Translations under genes and position numbers: made by a program
Source: a phage
Direction: 5' to 3' (one strand)
DNA length: 39,017 nucleotides
Sequence record: PZ168289.1
Shown: positions 17,460-27,796 of the stretch, piece by piece
Layout: every line of letters starts with the position of its first letter
Position numbering within the stretch: position 1 is the first letter of the stretch
Notes under the pieces: generated by a model
Told to the model about the DNA's origin: nothing
The model's input: the letters and a program-made list of their open reading frames with translations, nothing else
The model's database searches: none

Positions 17460-18093
17460 TTAAATAATATTGATTGAGCTATCGTCGGCCCCATAGTGTA
17501 AGAGGATATAGTCTTTGACTAACATGTCTTTGACCTTAAGTCTATAGCTGTGTGTCGATTAACTGTAGGCCTTTGACTGTAGGCGTTGGTGTCTTATGGT
17601 TGTGACTTATGGTTGTGACTTATGGTTGTGACTTATGGTTGTGACTTATGGTTGTGACTTATGGTTATACAGATAGAGACTCAGAGGCAGACCAATAGTC
17701 CCTACCTATCGTCTCCACCACCACCGATAGTCATGACCTATCGTTGACTTGAGGTATTTACAGCCGGTCCAACCTTATGATAGACTGGGGTAGGGCCTTT
17801 GGTCTGGACTTAAAGAGGGCCTATGGGGAGACTTGAGGTTCTTGAACTGTGAGATGTGGTCTCAAACTTTTGGTCCAAAACTCATCGTCCCTACTGTAGG
17901 ACACAGCCACTGTAGGTCAAGGACCGTAGGTCAGGCGACACTAGGATAGACCAATAAGTAGGATGACCCTAAGTGAGCTTCTATTAAGGTGTTACCTAAA
18001 GTCCTTGACTACAGTAGCTAAGGTCAGTAGAGTGAGTCTTTATCCACGTACTGACCTTAGGTCTTCCGCTCATGAATCGTTACCATGATTGCG
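17460..18093. repeat. ORF-free genome-terminus region with dispersed short repeats (likely holds the collapsed terminal repeat / concatemer junction)
   Basis: No ORF of any size with an RBS; recurrent short motifs (TAGGTCA/TGACCTA variants, TGTAGG); lies between the last late gene and the early promoters, where the T7 ends and terminal repeat map. Confidence 0.5.
17593..17670. repeat. tandem array of a 13-bp unit CTTATGGTTGTGA (5 perfect copies plus degenerate flanking copies)
   Basis: Perfect copies at 17593-17605, 17606-17618, 17619-17631, 17632-17644, 17645-17657; partial copy 17658-17670; in the ORF-free genome-end region. Confidence 0.9.
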
Positions 18094-18252
18094 TTAATTA
18101 CACTGAGACACCAGAGAACATACGAGAGTCTCGACCCACCCGACCCACTGACTTCCAGCAGTAACGCCAGCAGCAAGTAGAACAGCAGCAAGAAACCTGT
18201 ATGTAGCTCGATTGGTCGCCAGAGCTTTAAGTACAGCTTTGGTCTTTGCCAT
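18094..18252 (-). CDS. gp19.5-like small membrane protein
   Basis: 52-aa ORF hand-translated (MAKTKAVLKALATNRATYRFLAAVLLAAGVTAGSQWVGWVETLVCSLVSQCN); AGGAGG 10 nt upstream; last gene after terminase, downstream of promoter 18433-18455. Confidence 0.5.
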   Translation of the reverse strand: MAKTKAVLKALATNRATYRFLAAVLLAAGVTAGSQWVGWVETLVCSLVSQCN

Positions 18253-18432
18253 ATGCTACATACCTCCTGTATCTATGGTCGGTGACTATCTGTATTGGAG
18301 GGATTATGATTAATATCACCCTCCTTCCATCGGTGCAAGCCTTAGGTAAGAACTCGGAGTCTGCCTCCTAAGGTCTTGCATAAAGTCTGCATATGTATAT
18401 TCACTACAGTAATACTATAAGTAACCGGGGGT

Positions 18433-18455
18433 CTTCCCTATAGTGATAGTTAAGT
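18433..18455 (-). promoter_or_regulatory. phage RNAP promoter (phi-OR-like, after terminase, before gp19.5)
   Basis: CCTATAGTGATAGTTAAG at 18437-18454. Confidence 0.7.
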
Positions 18456-18549
18456 CCAAACTCCTTGTAAAACAGTAGGTTAGACTGGTAGTAACTATAG
18501 GTTACTAACCGCGTATTCATGCAGCTTTCACCCATAGTTATTCATTCAG

Positions 18550-20316
18550 CTAGTGGAACGTAACGTATGACCCTAGTCCTAGCTCGTCGTCCGTATCGTG
18601 AGTTACCCTGACCCCATTGTCCCAGAACTCGGTGTGGATGGACTCGAAGCCTTTCCGTGGGTTCTCCATCTGTTCCTCCAGCCACTCCTCAGTGACTTCG
18701 CGTTCGCCTTTGTTGGCATCCTTAGCCATAGACTCAACGAAGAACTGTACACCGATAGCCAGAGCATCAAGTCGGTCATCGTGTGCCAAGGCTCCACGCT
18801 CACGAGAGATACGGGTCATCTGGTAGAAGAGAGAGTAGATAGGGTTACGAACGCCATCCTTATCAGAGGCTGTCTGGTAGTCTTGGACGATAGCAGCAGC
18901 GTTAACGATAAGTCGGTGAGACCCCATGATAGGCTCCAGAACGTCACAGATGCGGAGTTCTTTCTGACCCTTACTCTTCACTTCAGTTACAGCCGCAGGA
19001 TGGATACGGGCCGCTACAGGCTTGAATAGCTCAAGGTACATACCATCACCGAAGTTACCCTCAATGACGTATTCGTTGACCTTCCACTTACGACCAATCT
19101 TAGCCAAGGCTTCCAACGTAGAGTCTTCATAACCGCCACGCATACCACCCACTTCCATAGCGAAGATGTAGCCGTTGAGCTGATACAGTACCGCATAACC
19201 AGTTTCATCCTTACCACGACCACTAGGGTCAATGACCAGAATCTTCTGGGTGTACGAACTGAAGGCAGAACCTACAGTCTGATACGTGTGGTACGAGTCA
19301 CCCATGAGTCCAACGTTAGGAACGTCCTCACGCTTGTTCTGAGGGTTCGGCAACCATTGGTAGACCATTGGACTGGACGCTGGGTCCAAGTCGGCTACGA
19401 TAAGGTCACGGAGCTTCAGAGGGTACTTCTCTGCATCACTCAGGTTAGGGTTAAGCATGAACTGTAGCGCGAAGCCAGCTTTACCGTAAGATAGCTCACG
19501 TTCCTTAAGGTCAGTATCATCGAAGCGTACTTCATCAGTCGGACGCCAGTAGAAGGACTCAGGGTCCTCTTCCAGCTCTGCCTGAAGCATAGGAGCCAGA
19601 CGGTCGCCGTAAGACTGCCAGTCCTTCCTGTCGCGTGGATACCGAGCTGGCCAGATAGTAGTGGTATACCCACGACCTTCCAACTCACGATACAGGGTCA
19701 TCTCGTTCTGAGGAGTGCCCAGATAGATGATTGCACCTCCCGGCTTCAGGATAGCGTCGAACTCTTTCACAAGCTCTGACAGTCGGTCTCGCGCAGCCTG
19801 AGTCGCAGAGTTGTTAGGAACCTCCACGTCATCGGCAATCAGGATGTCAGCACGACTACCAGTCAACTGACCAGTGATGCCAACGGACTTAACCGAAGGT
19901 GAGTGGTCTGGCTTGGCTGGCCCAACGTCGAAGCTGATAACTGCATCTCGCTGTCCCTGCTTAGGTTTGAGTTCCTGAAGCTGAGGCATGAGGTCGATGA
20001 TTCGCTTGATGAATATGGAGTTAGCATCGGCTCGTTCCTTTGAGGCCGACACAATCATGAACTTCAAGTCTGGGTTGTTCCATAGTTTCCAGACCACGAA
20101 ACCACAGGTCAGAAACGACTTGCCAATACCACGGAACGCCTGAAGGATGAAGCGGCGATTATCCCCAGCAGCAAGCTTCTTACACATATCTATCTGGCAG
20201 CGGGTTGGAACCGGAAGGCTAAGAGCTTTCCAGAGAACGAAGATGAAGAACACGAAGTCGTCCCTCATCCTTTGGGTCATTTCTGCCTGTCTTTCCACAG
20301 GTGTTTTCTTAGACAT
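18550..20316 (-). CDS. terminase large subunit (T7 gp19-like)
   Basis: Collinear with T7 gp19 ([81 protein letters not shown]); GGAGGG RBS. Confidence 0.97.
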   Translation of the reverse strand: MSKKTPVERQAEMTQRMRDDFVFFIFVLWKALSLPVPTRCQIDMCKKLAAGDNRRFILQAFRGIGKSFLTCGFVVWKLWNNPDLKFMIVSASKERADANSIFIKRIIDLMPQLQELKPKQGQRDAVISFDVGPAKPDHSPSVKSVGITGQLTGSRADILIADDVEVPNNSATQAARDRLSELVKEFDAILKPGGAIIYLGTPQNEMTLYRELEGRGYTTTIWPARYPRDRKDWQSYGDRLAPMLQAELEEDPESFYWRPTDEVRFDDTDLKERELSYGKAGFALQFMLNPNLSDAEKYPLKLRDLIVADLDPASSPMVYQWLPNPQNKREDVPNVGLMGDSYHTYQTVGSAFSSYTQKILVIDPSGRGKDETGYAVLYQLNGYIFAMEVGGMRGGYEDSTLEALAKIGRKWKVNEYVIEGNFGDGMYLELFKPVAARIHPAAVTEVKSKGQKELRICDVLEPIMGSHRLIVNAAAIVQDYQTASDKDGVRNPIYSLFYQMTRISRERGALAHDDRLDALAIGVQFFVESMAKDANKGEREVTEEWLEEQMENPRKGFESIHTEFWDNGVRVTHDTDDELGLGSYVTFH

Positions 20317-20372
20317 AGAGTCCCTCCAGCATTAGGTCCCGGACAGAGATAGCCTGATCAACTTTGTAGTAA

Positions 20373-20810
20373 TCACTTAACACCTTGGAGCCTCCTTATT
20401 GTGTCCTGAAGCGCCTTCTCCTTAAGGTCTGCCTCCTGAGTTATTCGGATAAGACTTTTAGAAGTTTCTGGGTGTAGTTCGACTCTACCATTAGGGAAGC
20501 ATCGACTGACATCTGACTCGGTGAGACCTGAGGTGTTGACCTTGACGCGCAGCCGCTTATTGTCAGACTTAAGGTCAGCAATAATCCTATCAGTGCTGCC
20601 TTCCAACGAGGACATTTCGTCCTGAAACCGTTTGGACACTTTGTCGACTTCAGCTTGTACAGCAAGCCTTGTATCTTCCGATGCCTTAAGATTCGAGGTG
20701 TATTCTGCATTGACCTTAGCCTCCCACTTATTGTTAGCGGTGTGGTAGCCACCAGCAAACATCACTGCTGCAAGTAACCACGGAGCCGCTCTCTTTAAAA
20801 ATTCGAGCAT
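20373..20810 (-). CDS. Rz-like inner-membrane spanin (T7 gp18.5-like)
   Basis: MLEFLKR..PWLLA N-terminus and EGSTDRII.DL.SDNKRLRV block match T7 gp18.5; GGGAGGG RBS. Confidence 0.92.
   Translation of the reverse strand: MLEFLKRAAPWLLAAVMFAGGYHTANNKWEAKVNAEYTSNLKASEDTRLAVQAEVDKVSKRFQDEMSSLEGSTDRIIADLKSDNKRLRVKVNTSGLTESDVSRCFPNGRVELHPETSKSLIRITQEADLKEKALQDTIRRLQGVK
20441..20710 (-). CDS. Rz1-like outer-membrane lipoprotein spanin embedded in Rz in another frame (T7 gp18.7-like)
   Basis: PRWKAALIGLLLTLSLTISGCAS...MSVDASLMVE matches T7 gp18.7 including the lipobox Cys; start chosen at internal Met (track ORF 20441..20758). Confidence 0.75.
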   Translation of the reverse strand: MQNTPRILRHRKIQGLLYKLKSTKCPNGFRTKCPRWKAALIGLLLTLSLTISGCASRSTPQVSPSQMSVDASLMVESNYTQKLLKVLSE

Positions 20811-20865
20811 AGTTGCCCTCCCGGTTTATCAGATTTTCACGTGGAGTCGCCTCCACTAGTTAGTG

Positions 20866-20910
20866 TTAACCATAAAGGCCACTACATATAGTAATGACCT
20901 TGAGTCTAAC
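20866..20910 (-). other. conserved RNA hairpin element, copy iii (putative RNase III site, R18.5-like position)
   Basis: Minus RNA AAGGUCAUUAC-UAUAU-GUAGUGGCCUU between small terminase and Rz; a second small hairpin GTGGAG-TCGC-CTCCAC at 20841-20856. Confidence 0.5.
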
Positions 20911-20912
20911 AC

Positions 20913-21176
20913 TTATTGAACACCATACCCTGTGTCATTATCCTCAGTCGCTGAAAGCACCTTATCGTACTCTGCGTTCAGGGCCTCCATATCAGCCAGC
21001 GTCTTCTCGTCCACAGACACCTTGCTTAACACAAAGTTGTGACGAGCAAGCAGCTTCTCAATGGCGTTGTAGAGCTGAGGTGAACGCTTAGAGTCGTCAC
21101 GTAAGTCTTGCAGCATAAGTCGAGCACGTTCAGTATCCAGCATTAAGAGGAACTTCTCTAAGTCCATCTGCGTCAT
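20913..21176 (-). CDS. terminase small subunit (T7 gp18 position)
   Basis: 87-aa ORF between holin and Rz, size and position of T7 gp18; stop/start overlap with holin. Confidence 0.7.
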   Translation of the reverse strand: MTQMDLEKFLLMLDTERARLMLQDLRDDSKRSPQLYNAIEKLLARHNFVLSKVSVDEKTLADMEALNAEYDKVLSATEDNDTGYGVQ

Positions 21177-21367
21177 GTTTTACCACCTCCTTTAATCGTT
21201 TTGTAGACTAGCACACCAATCTGGACAACGGTGTACGCGATCGCTGCAACGTAGAACCATTCGTTCAGTGTAAGTCCGAAGAAGAACCGACTGGCACCAT
21301 CAGCCGCAGCGGTCCCGACGATAGGAGAGGCTTTAAGGACCTCATTCTTGAAGTCTAACTCAATCAT
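21173..21367 (-). CDS. class II holin (T7 gp17.5-like)
   Basis: LDF.NE..KA.PIVGT..AD...R.FFGL.LNEWFYVAAIAYTVVQIG almost identical to T7 gp17.5. Confidence 0.93.
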   Translation of the reverse strand: MIELDFKNEVLKASPIVGTAAADGASRFFFGLTLNEWFYVAAIAYTVVQIGVLVYKTIKGGGKT

Positions 21368-21409
21368 AAAACCTCCAGTTTAAAGCGGGTCGTCCGTGAC
21401 CCAAAGTTG

Positions 21410-23410
21410 TTACCAGTAGTACCAGTCTCCTTTTCTACTTCTGACTAAAATAGAGCAATCGGCAACTGGTACTGTAGATACCCCACCAATCTTTATCTCA
21501 TACAGTTTACTAGGCAATCTTCGCTTAGTCAGAGATGCTTTAAAATCTGTACCAGTTACAGTGATATATTCCGTTCCATCCTCACTAGTTATCTGTAGTG
21601 CCAGGCCACTAGGACTTGCTGGCAACTTAACATAAAGCTGCTGTTCTGCTGTACTACCAGCGAAATGACCAATAACGGTAGTTGTCCACTCACTCAAAGT
21701 CAGCCCTGAACGCACAAAATCTACATTAAGGGGTTCCTTAATAAGTGCAGCAGGTGCATTGTAATTATGCCCGTTAAGTACATAGTAGTTGCTGCTACCA
21801 ACCTCTACTGTGTCTGCTGTGCAATAAGAGTGGAAGGTTTTTGCGTTATCAAAGCGATATAGGCTTCTGATTAGCACACGCTCTTGATTGCTTCTGGTTA
21901 AAATGCCACAACCTGCGGAAAGGTGGAGTGTGGAGATGGTAAGCGTATGACTTTCACTGTTGGCCTTGGATGACAGCAATGACACCTTGGGTTCACCCTC
22001 TTGAGTAAAGTCTTTACTATTACCCTCACAGTACATGATCCCAATGTCCCACGCAGCAGGGTCCATTGTTACCACCCCAGCACCAGCCGTATTCTCAGAG
22101 CAAATCACACCAACACTAGTAGATAAACCACGACCTAAGATAATACCAGCACCTATCGTATATTTACTCGCATCATCTGTGATTGGGTCATAACCTAGTC
22201 CCGTAGACTTATCTGTACCCCATGCACTAATGTGAGGGAAGTGTGTAGCATTTACATAGGTATCCCCTTGCTCACCTTCCGTTGAATAACCTAATGCCAT
22301 GCCCCTTGCACAGTTGTTTGCATGGAGAGTACCCATTTGAAAATACCAGCAAGCAAACATTACAATGCCATATCTATTAGCATTATATGCATAGATGCTA
22401 CCCATCTCGGATTCTGCACACATTAGTCGTGCGTAAAAACCATACGATGCAATATCTGCACAGTCTATGTTCAGACTACCAATCAAACGTAGCCCTCGTA
22501 CCTGGTTCTCAGTATTAGCTACATCAACGGTTGGGGTTCCAATAGGAAATTTACTAACACGAACAACAGATTTTAATGCGGGCCATGTAGGACCAATTGC
22601 TTTAATTGTTGCCCCATTTAGATTCCCACGTAGGTAAGAGGGAATAACAACCTCATCTGTTACGTGGTAGGTAGACTTGCCATCAAGGTTTAATGTGCCT
22701 GTAGCTATGGCCAATTTTATAGCAGGTAGACAGTCAAAGCTGGGGTCGTTCGGGATTGCCCCAAAGTTCTCAGGTGAGTGTTCATCAAGCCCATTCAGCT
22801 TACCTACGTTAGTCCAATTGGAATCAGGGGTTGAACCTGTAGGCACTGTTTTTGGGAGAGCACCATCCCAGCGGTAATAATAACCATCCTCTTCCCATAG
22901 CAGGACCTCGTTCCATAGTGTAACGTTGAAGCCTTTCTCGAAGGAGCTACGGGTAATATAGCCAATTAGACCAGCTTCCCTGATATTCGAAACTATTCGT
23001 CGTGCTTCGTCCTCGCTATCCTTAGCGTTGCCAGCAGAGATACCAGCAGCATCGGCATATTCCTTCGCTAAGTCAACAGTTTGGTCTCGCCCTTCTTCTG
23101 CAATATGGATAGCCTGAAGCTCTGAATTGGTCAGGTCACTAGCTGTCAACACTGAGCCATTCCTGAAGTCTACCACTAAGTCAGTTCCAGTCTGACGGTG
23201 AATACGAACGATATCGAAACCTGATTGGTCAACCAACATCTCAATCATCGTTGGATTAAGGAATCGGTAATCTCGACCAACTTCCAGTACACGGTTCAGG
23301 GCAGGGTTAGAGCTATTCACCAGCGTAACAACAACAAACGTTCTGGCTAGGTAGTCGAACTCAATCCTGTACCGAGTGTTTCCTGAAGGGAATTGTGTAA
23401 TCGTGGACAT
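21410..23410 (-). CDS. tail fiber / tailspike: T7 gp17-like N-terminal adaptor with divergent C-terminal receptor-binding domain
   Basis: N-terminal ~150 aa align with T7 gp17 ([37 protein letters not shown]); C-terminus differs and carries a GAIPNDP..D...I..AI motif typical of beta-helix depolymerase tailspikes. Confidence 0.88.
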   Translation of the reverse strand: MSTITQFPSGNTRYRIEFDYLARTFVVVTLVNSSNPALNRVLEVGRDYRFLNPTMIEMLVDQSGFDIVRIHRQTGTDLVVDFRNGSVLTASDLTNSELQAIHIAEEGRDQTVDLAKEYADAAGISAGNAKDSEDEARRIVSNIREAGLIGYITRSSFEKGFNVTLWNEVLLWEEDGYYYRWDGALPKTVPTGSTPDSNWTNVGKLNGLDEHSPENFGAIPNDPSFDCLPAIKLAIATGTLNLDGKSTYHVTDEVVIPSYLRGNLNGATIKAIGPTWPALKSVVRVSKFPIGTPTVDVANTENQVRGLRLIGSLNIDCADIASYGFYARLMCAESEMGSIYAYNANRYGIVMFACWYFQMGTLHANNCARGMALGYSTEGEQGDTYVNATHFPHISAWGTDKSTGLGYDPITDDASKYTIGAGIILGRGLSTSVGVICSENTAGAGVVTMDPAAWDIGIMYCEGNSKDFTQEGEPKVSLLSSKANSESHTLTISTLHLSAGCGILTRSNQERVLIRSLYRFDNAKTFHSYCTADTVEVGSSNYYVLNGHNYNAPAALIKEPLNVDFVRSGLTLSEWTTTVIGHFAGSTAEQQLYVKLPASPSGLALQITSEDGTEYITVTGTDFKASLTKRRLPSKLYEIKIGGVSTVPVADCSILVRSRKGDWYYW

Positions 23411-23455
23411 TATGCCTCCTTTGTGATTTAAATGGAGACCTATGGTAGCGCCTCC

Positions 23456-23478
23456 GTTTCCTATAGTGATAGTTTAGT
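23456..23478 (-). promoter_or_regulatory. phage RNAP promoter (tail fiber upstream)
   Basis: Perfect core at 23460-23477; contains the gp16 TAA stop. Confidence 0.75.
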
Positions 23479-26400
23479 TCTTGATGTGGATGCCTTGCTC
23501 CTCAAACGTTCCAAGCAACAGCTTCTGGGTAATTGGGTCGTTCGGAACCAGCTCACGGAACGTATTATACATCCCGGTCATGTAGTCACGCTCGTTGACG
23601 CGAGTATCAGCCTTGAGGTAGCCAGCCAAGTTGTAAGCCGAAGCGCCAACGTTAGCAGCATATCCGAAAGCTGGAACCTGCTCCAAGAAGTTACCAACAA
23701 CATTCATAACAGGGTCACTTGTAGCCGCACCATACGCGATGGCACGTTCAGGCTGCTCTGTAGGCGAACGAGGTAGGATAGACGAACGGAGCATCTTAGT
23801 GTCCTCATACCCAGCGATGCCACCCAGAATGTTAGCTACCCCAAGTGGGCCACCCAGATGTGAACTACGGGACAGAGCCGCATATCCAATCATCGTCGGG
23901 TCCAGAGCTTGCTTGAGGTACTCACGGTCTCTGCCATCCTGCATAGCGTAAGCCTTGACGTGAGCCTGAGCCATGTAGTAGATACCAGCCAGACCCATAG
24001 ACATCACGGTAGATAGAGCAGCATCCATCGCTCGGTTGTTCTTCGTGGCGTTATAGAAGGTTCGCATGGTTCGCCCGTTGATGGACTTGATGACGAAGTT
24101 CTTAAACTGAAGGACAGTCTTAGCTAGAGGGCCATAAGCCTTGGCATCCATGTTTGACAGCTTGTGGGGCCGGAGTAACGTTTCGTCAGCGATGGTGTCA
24201 CCCATACGCCACAGGTCCATAGCCCTTGGGTCCTGACTGAACGCCTTCTTATCCTTGATGGTATACTTCCCGTCTGGACCACGAGTCACTGACTCACGGA
24301 TTAATGACTTAATGCCCTTCCACTGCTCGTCAGATATACCAGCGGTCTTCAGCCAGCGGTCATCGAACTTACGCTTACTACCAGTCAGGCTATGCTCCAC
24401 GATGTCAGACAGGAAGCCTTGACGTCCAGCATCTAACAGGTAGTTGGTCGTACCGTTGAGAACTTTAGTGAACGGAGAGCGTACTGCGAGTTCACCAGTG
24501 TAATACTTGGCAGTCCCCAGAGCTGTAGCTGTACCACGACCGAGGTCACTGTAAGACCGCAGACGGTCAATGACATCCTGTTTAGATGGGCGTATTGAGT
24601 CATCAAGTTCCTTACCAAAGATAACATTGTGCAGGTCCTTAATCTCTGAGGCCCCAACCTTCTTGTTACGGAAGGCTAGGTCACGGAAAATTGGGACTCC
24701 ATGCAGCATTGCACGAACGTTACCACGGGCCAGCATACCACCAATCTCCGTTAAGTTCTGAACACCCATATAGGCATTCTTAGCGAAGAACGATAGGTCT
24801 GTCATTGTGCGCATCACGGTAGCGAAGGCTGCATCGTCAGCACCATCACGTCGAGCACGACCAGTTAGAATCTTCAGGGTGTCACGCAAGGTAGATACTT
24901 CACCTTTCAACTTTCCGTCATCACCAGCCTTGTTCATCATGGTCTCAACCAAGTCCTTCATTTCTTTCGTTGTCTTGCCTGCACCAGCCATAATGGCAAT
25001 GTCACCATTAACTCGACGGTTGTATGCCGGGACAATCTTGTCCATGTCCCACTCCCGCAGGTTGTTGACACTGAAGGTTTGACCATTAGGAAGAACTATT
25101 GACATATCGCTGTCGAACAGGTTACGAGCCTCAAGGAAGCTGTTGTTCTCCAGACCAACCAGACCATTGATGTTCTCTTCCATTACGGATGAACGCTCGA
25201 ACTGCTCGGTGTGAGAGATACCATAAGCCTTATCGTTGGCGTACTTATCGACCGCAGCCGCAAGTCCTTCTGGAGTCAACGTAGGGTCAGCCTCTAAGAG
25301 TGCCTCGTCCACACGTTTCTTGACCTCAGGTCGAGACGCATAGCTGGTCAACCATGACTTCTTGATGGCCTCCTGCAACGCCTCTGGACTCCCAAGCTCC
25401 TTGATGTACAGCTCCTTCATCTGTTTGCTATACACATGAGGGACGTAGGTTCCCTTGAAGCGGCTACCCGGAAAGATAGACTGAGCGTCTGGCCGACCAA
25501 ACATAGCTGGGTTCTCCATCATCTCACGCTTGGCGTCAAACTGGTTCTTCAGTAGGTCATAGACTTTCAGTTCTCCCGGAGTCAGTTCAGCCTTCAGGTT
25601 TCCGCTACCATCTTCGATAGCCATAGACACACGCTGGTAGATGTCCTGACGGAATGCACCAGAGTCTCGCCAGAATGCTGTCTGGAAGTACGGGTCCTTT
25701 AGTGCCTCAGTAACCGCATCGTCGATGTCGTTGTATAACCGATGGTCCACAGCACGAAGTCTCTCGAATACGTCTGACGCAGTGGTCCCGATTTTACCTG
25801 AGGACCCTGATTGCATACCAGTCGGTGAACGTACTAAGTCAGCAGCTACTCCACGAATCTCAGGGTTCTCAGACCGAAGCAGCTTCAGACCAATCTCGGT
25901 AAGTCCACCAAGGTTCACACCAGCAGCGGCACGTTCAGGCTCAATCACTTCGTCAAAGACTTGACGTGTCTTAGGGTTCAGAGGGTTCTCACCAATCAGG
26001 ATTGAACCATCCTCCAGTCGTACACTACCCGGCTCATTCGGAACGTCAGCGAATTTAACGCCTTGATGACTAAAGGTCTGCTCACCTTCCTGAATAGGGA
26101 GACGAGACAGGTCCTGACCATCAACGTTACGAGCTGTCTCACGAGCTTCCAGACGTGTAGCTGGGCCAGCGAACTCATTAGTGTTGCGACCTAAGGCTCT
26201 GCCTAATCCATCAGCGATAGCAGTCATGCCCCCACCAAAGAGAGCACCGCCAAGGATAGCTTCAGCCACATGAGCATCACCACCAGCCACTGAGGTACGA
26301 GCCATCTCGGACACACCAGCCAGTGCTCCAGATTGAGCAGCCACGGTGAACATCTTGTTGACCAGCTTACCACCTTTACCAACCTGTCCAGCGATAGGAA

Positions 26401-27361
26401 CGTATGTCAGAGGGTCTACACCAGCACCAATCACACCAGCAGCTAACTGAGCACCAGTCCCAGCCTTGGCCTTCTCTTGGTCCAACTTCTGGTTCTCAAG
26501 CGCCAAGTTGATAAGCTCGGTCAGGTTCTGAGGTGAGCCACCAGTAATGACTCCGTAATACTGGGGCAGAACCCCAGCGTTACGAATCTGGTCCAGCTCC
26601 TCACGAGCCCACTTATGGTTGTTCCAGCGGGTCGGGTTGAACACATCGCCAATGACATCAAGTGAGTCCTCAGTCTGACCAGCGCGGATAGCCACGCCGA
26701 CCATAGAGTTCTTCACTTCGGCTTCTGTAGCCGCACCAAAACCGAACCACGTAGAGCGACCCTCTCGTTCCTGCATGGTCTCGCCAGTAGACTTATAGAA
26801 CATCTCACCGAACGATTCGTTGGGAGCTTCAGGTGCTTGACCCTCAATGTTAAGACCAGCAGCGGTCGGAAGGTTCTCACCCAGAGCTACTTTAGGTTTA
26901 GCCTTGAGTCCTTCCGTGAGTGCGTCAAATACGTTAGCGCTTACTGGTGGAGTCTTTGGGCTAATGCCATTGAGTGCTCGTGCGACTCCCTTCTGATAGA
27001 CTTCAGGGTCGTACCGGGAGCCTGTCTCATGGAAGCTGATAGCTTGAGCCAGAGAAGACAGGGTGTCAGGGTCCGATAGGTCGAGGCTCTGGGTAGCTGG
27101 AATACCAGTTGCAGCCACCACTGAGTCAATATAAGACTTAGTATCGTTCTCGTTAGGAGGTGCCCATCGGTTGATAATCTTCTCGATGGAGTCATAACCT
27201 TGGCGACCGTAGGACAGCAGGTTTTTACCTAAAGCTCGGACGCCAGACTCTGGGCTATCAAATATTACAAACTCCCCATCATCACCAATAGCTCCTTCCC
27301 ATTGGTCCTTAGACTTACGTATATTTCCAGGGTTCGAATTTCTTATGCCACGTGTTGCCAT
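23474..27361 (-). CDS. internal virion protein D with N-terminal lytic transglycosylase domain (T7 gp16-like)
   Basis: 1295 aa; long collinear similarity to T7 gp16 (PTRWN.H.W, GAGVDPL.YVP, MRLEARETARN, VRSPTGMQSG, GTYVPHVY, AYGISH..QF, NNSFLEARNLFDSD); AAGGAG RBS. Confidence 0.96.
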   Translation of the reverse strand: MATRGIRNSNPGNIRKSKDQWEGAIGDDGEFVIFDSPESGVRALGKNLLSYGRQGYDSIEKIINRWAPPNENDTKSYIDSVVAATGIPATQSLDLSDPDTLSSLAQAISFHETGSRYDPEVYQKGVARALNGISPKTPPVSANVFDALTEGLKAKPKVALGENLPTAAGLNIEGQAPEAPNESFGEMFYKSTGETMQEREGRSTWFGFGAATEAEVKNSMVGVAIRAGQTEDSLDVIGDVFNPTRWNNHKWAREELDQIRNAGVLPQYYGVITGGSPQNLTELINLALENQKLDQEKAKAGTGAQLAAGVIGAGVDPLTYVPIAGQVGKGGKLVNKMFTVAAQSGALAGVSEMARTSVAGGDAHVAEAILGGALFGGGMTAIADGLGRALGRNTNEFAGPATRLEARETARNVDGQDLSRLPIQEGEQTFSHQGVKFADVPNEPGSVRLEDGSILIGENPLNPKTRQVFDEVIEPERAAAGVNLGGLTEIGLKLLRSENPEIRGVAADLVRSPTGMQSGSSGKIGTTASDVFERLRAVDHRLYNDIDDAVTEALKDPYFQTAFWRDSGAFRQDIYQRVSMAIEDGSGNLKAELTPGELKVYDLLKNQFDAKREMMENPAMFGRPDAQSIFPGSRFKGTYVPHVYSKQMKELYIKELGSPEALQEAIKKSWLTSYASRPEVKKRVDEALLEADPTLTPEGLAAAVDKYANDKAYGISHTEQFERSSVMEENINGLVGLENNSFLEARNLFDSDMSIVLPNGQTFSVNNLREWDMDKIVPAYNRRVNGDIAIMAGAGKTTKEMKDLVETMMNKAGDDGKLKGEVSTLRDTLKILTGRARRDGADDAAFATVMRTMTDLSFFAKNAYMGVQNLTEIGGMLARGNVRAMLHGVPIFRDLAFRNKKVGASEIKDLHNVIFGKELDDSIRPSKQDVIDRLRSYSDLGRGTATALGTAKYYTGELAVRSPFTKVLNGTTNYLLDAGRQGFLSDIVEHSLTGSKRKFDDRWLKTAGISDEQWKGIKSLIRESVTRGPDGKYTIKDKKAFSQDPRAMDLWRMGDTIADETLLRPHKLSNMDAKAYGPLAKTVLQFKNFVIKSINGRTMRTFYNATKNNRAMDAALSTVMSMGLAGIYYMAQAHVKAYAMQDGRDREYLKQALDPTMIGYAALSRSSHLGGPLGVANILGGIAGYEDTKMLRSSILPRSPTEQPERAIAYGAATSDPVMNVVGNFLEQVPAFGYAANVGASAYNLAGYLKADTRVNERDYMTGMYNTFRELVPNDPITQKLLLGTFEEQGIHIKN

Positions 27362-27792
27362 GTCTTTCTCCTTAAGATATTTCTAATAGAAACCGTACTC
27401 ACTCCATAGGAGCTAGCTAGGAATGAAACCTTTAGGTCGCTAGACCGTATGTTCTTCACATCAGTCTCTGTCAATTTGGACACTCCTATTGAGCTTCCAG
27501 ACGCTTGACGACCTCTTTCCACCTTGTCTCTAATGTTGTCAGCCTGAGTTCCGGCCTCAAGATGGTCAGGGTTTATGCAGGACGGATTGTCGCACTTATG
27601 GCGTACAACATACCCTTCAGGTATAGGACCACTGGCAAGCTCATAAGCTAGTCGATGTGCTCTATACTTAACTCTGTTAATCATTATCTGACCGTAACCG
27701 TCAGAATCTACGGTCCCAGTGAATCGGATACAGCCAGAGCTTTCAGCTACTGACAATTCTGCCAGTCTCTCACTGGCTGTCCCGTTCTTCAT
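27343..27792 (-). CDS. HNH homing endonuclease (copy 2 of 3)
   Basis: HNH motif (C..FTG, AHRLAYEL, HKCDNPSCINPDHL) plus HTH-like tail; start set to ATG 27792 with AAGGAG RBS (track 27810); 3' end overlaps the first codons of gp16. Confidence 0.85.
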   Translation of the reverse strand: MKNGTASERLAELSVAESSGCIRFTGTVDSDGYGQIMINRVKYRAHRLAYELASGPIPEGYVVRHKCDNPSCINPDHLEAGTQADNIRDKVERGRQASGSSIGVSKLTETDVKNIRSSDLKVSFLASSYGVSTVSIRNILRRKTWQHVA

Positions 27793-27796
27793 TATG

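Noticed and set aside
17593-17670. Possible CRISPR array
   Set aside because: The 13-bp unit repeats with no spacers; it is a simple tandem repeat, not a repeat-spacer array, and no cas genes are present.
18297-18324. Inverted repeat GGAGGG-(16 nt)-CCCTCC in the gp19.5 leader
   Set aside because: Could be a leader hairpin, but it is a single copy without covariation evidence; not reported as a feature.
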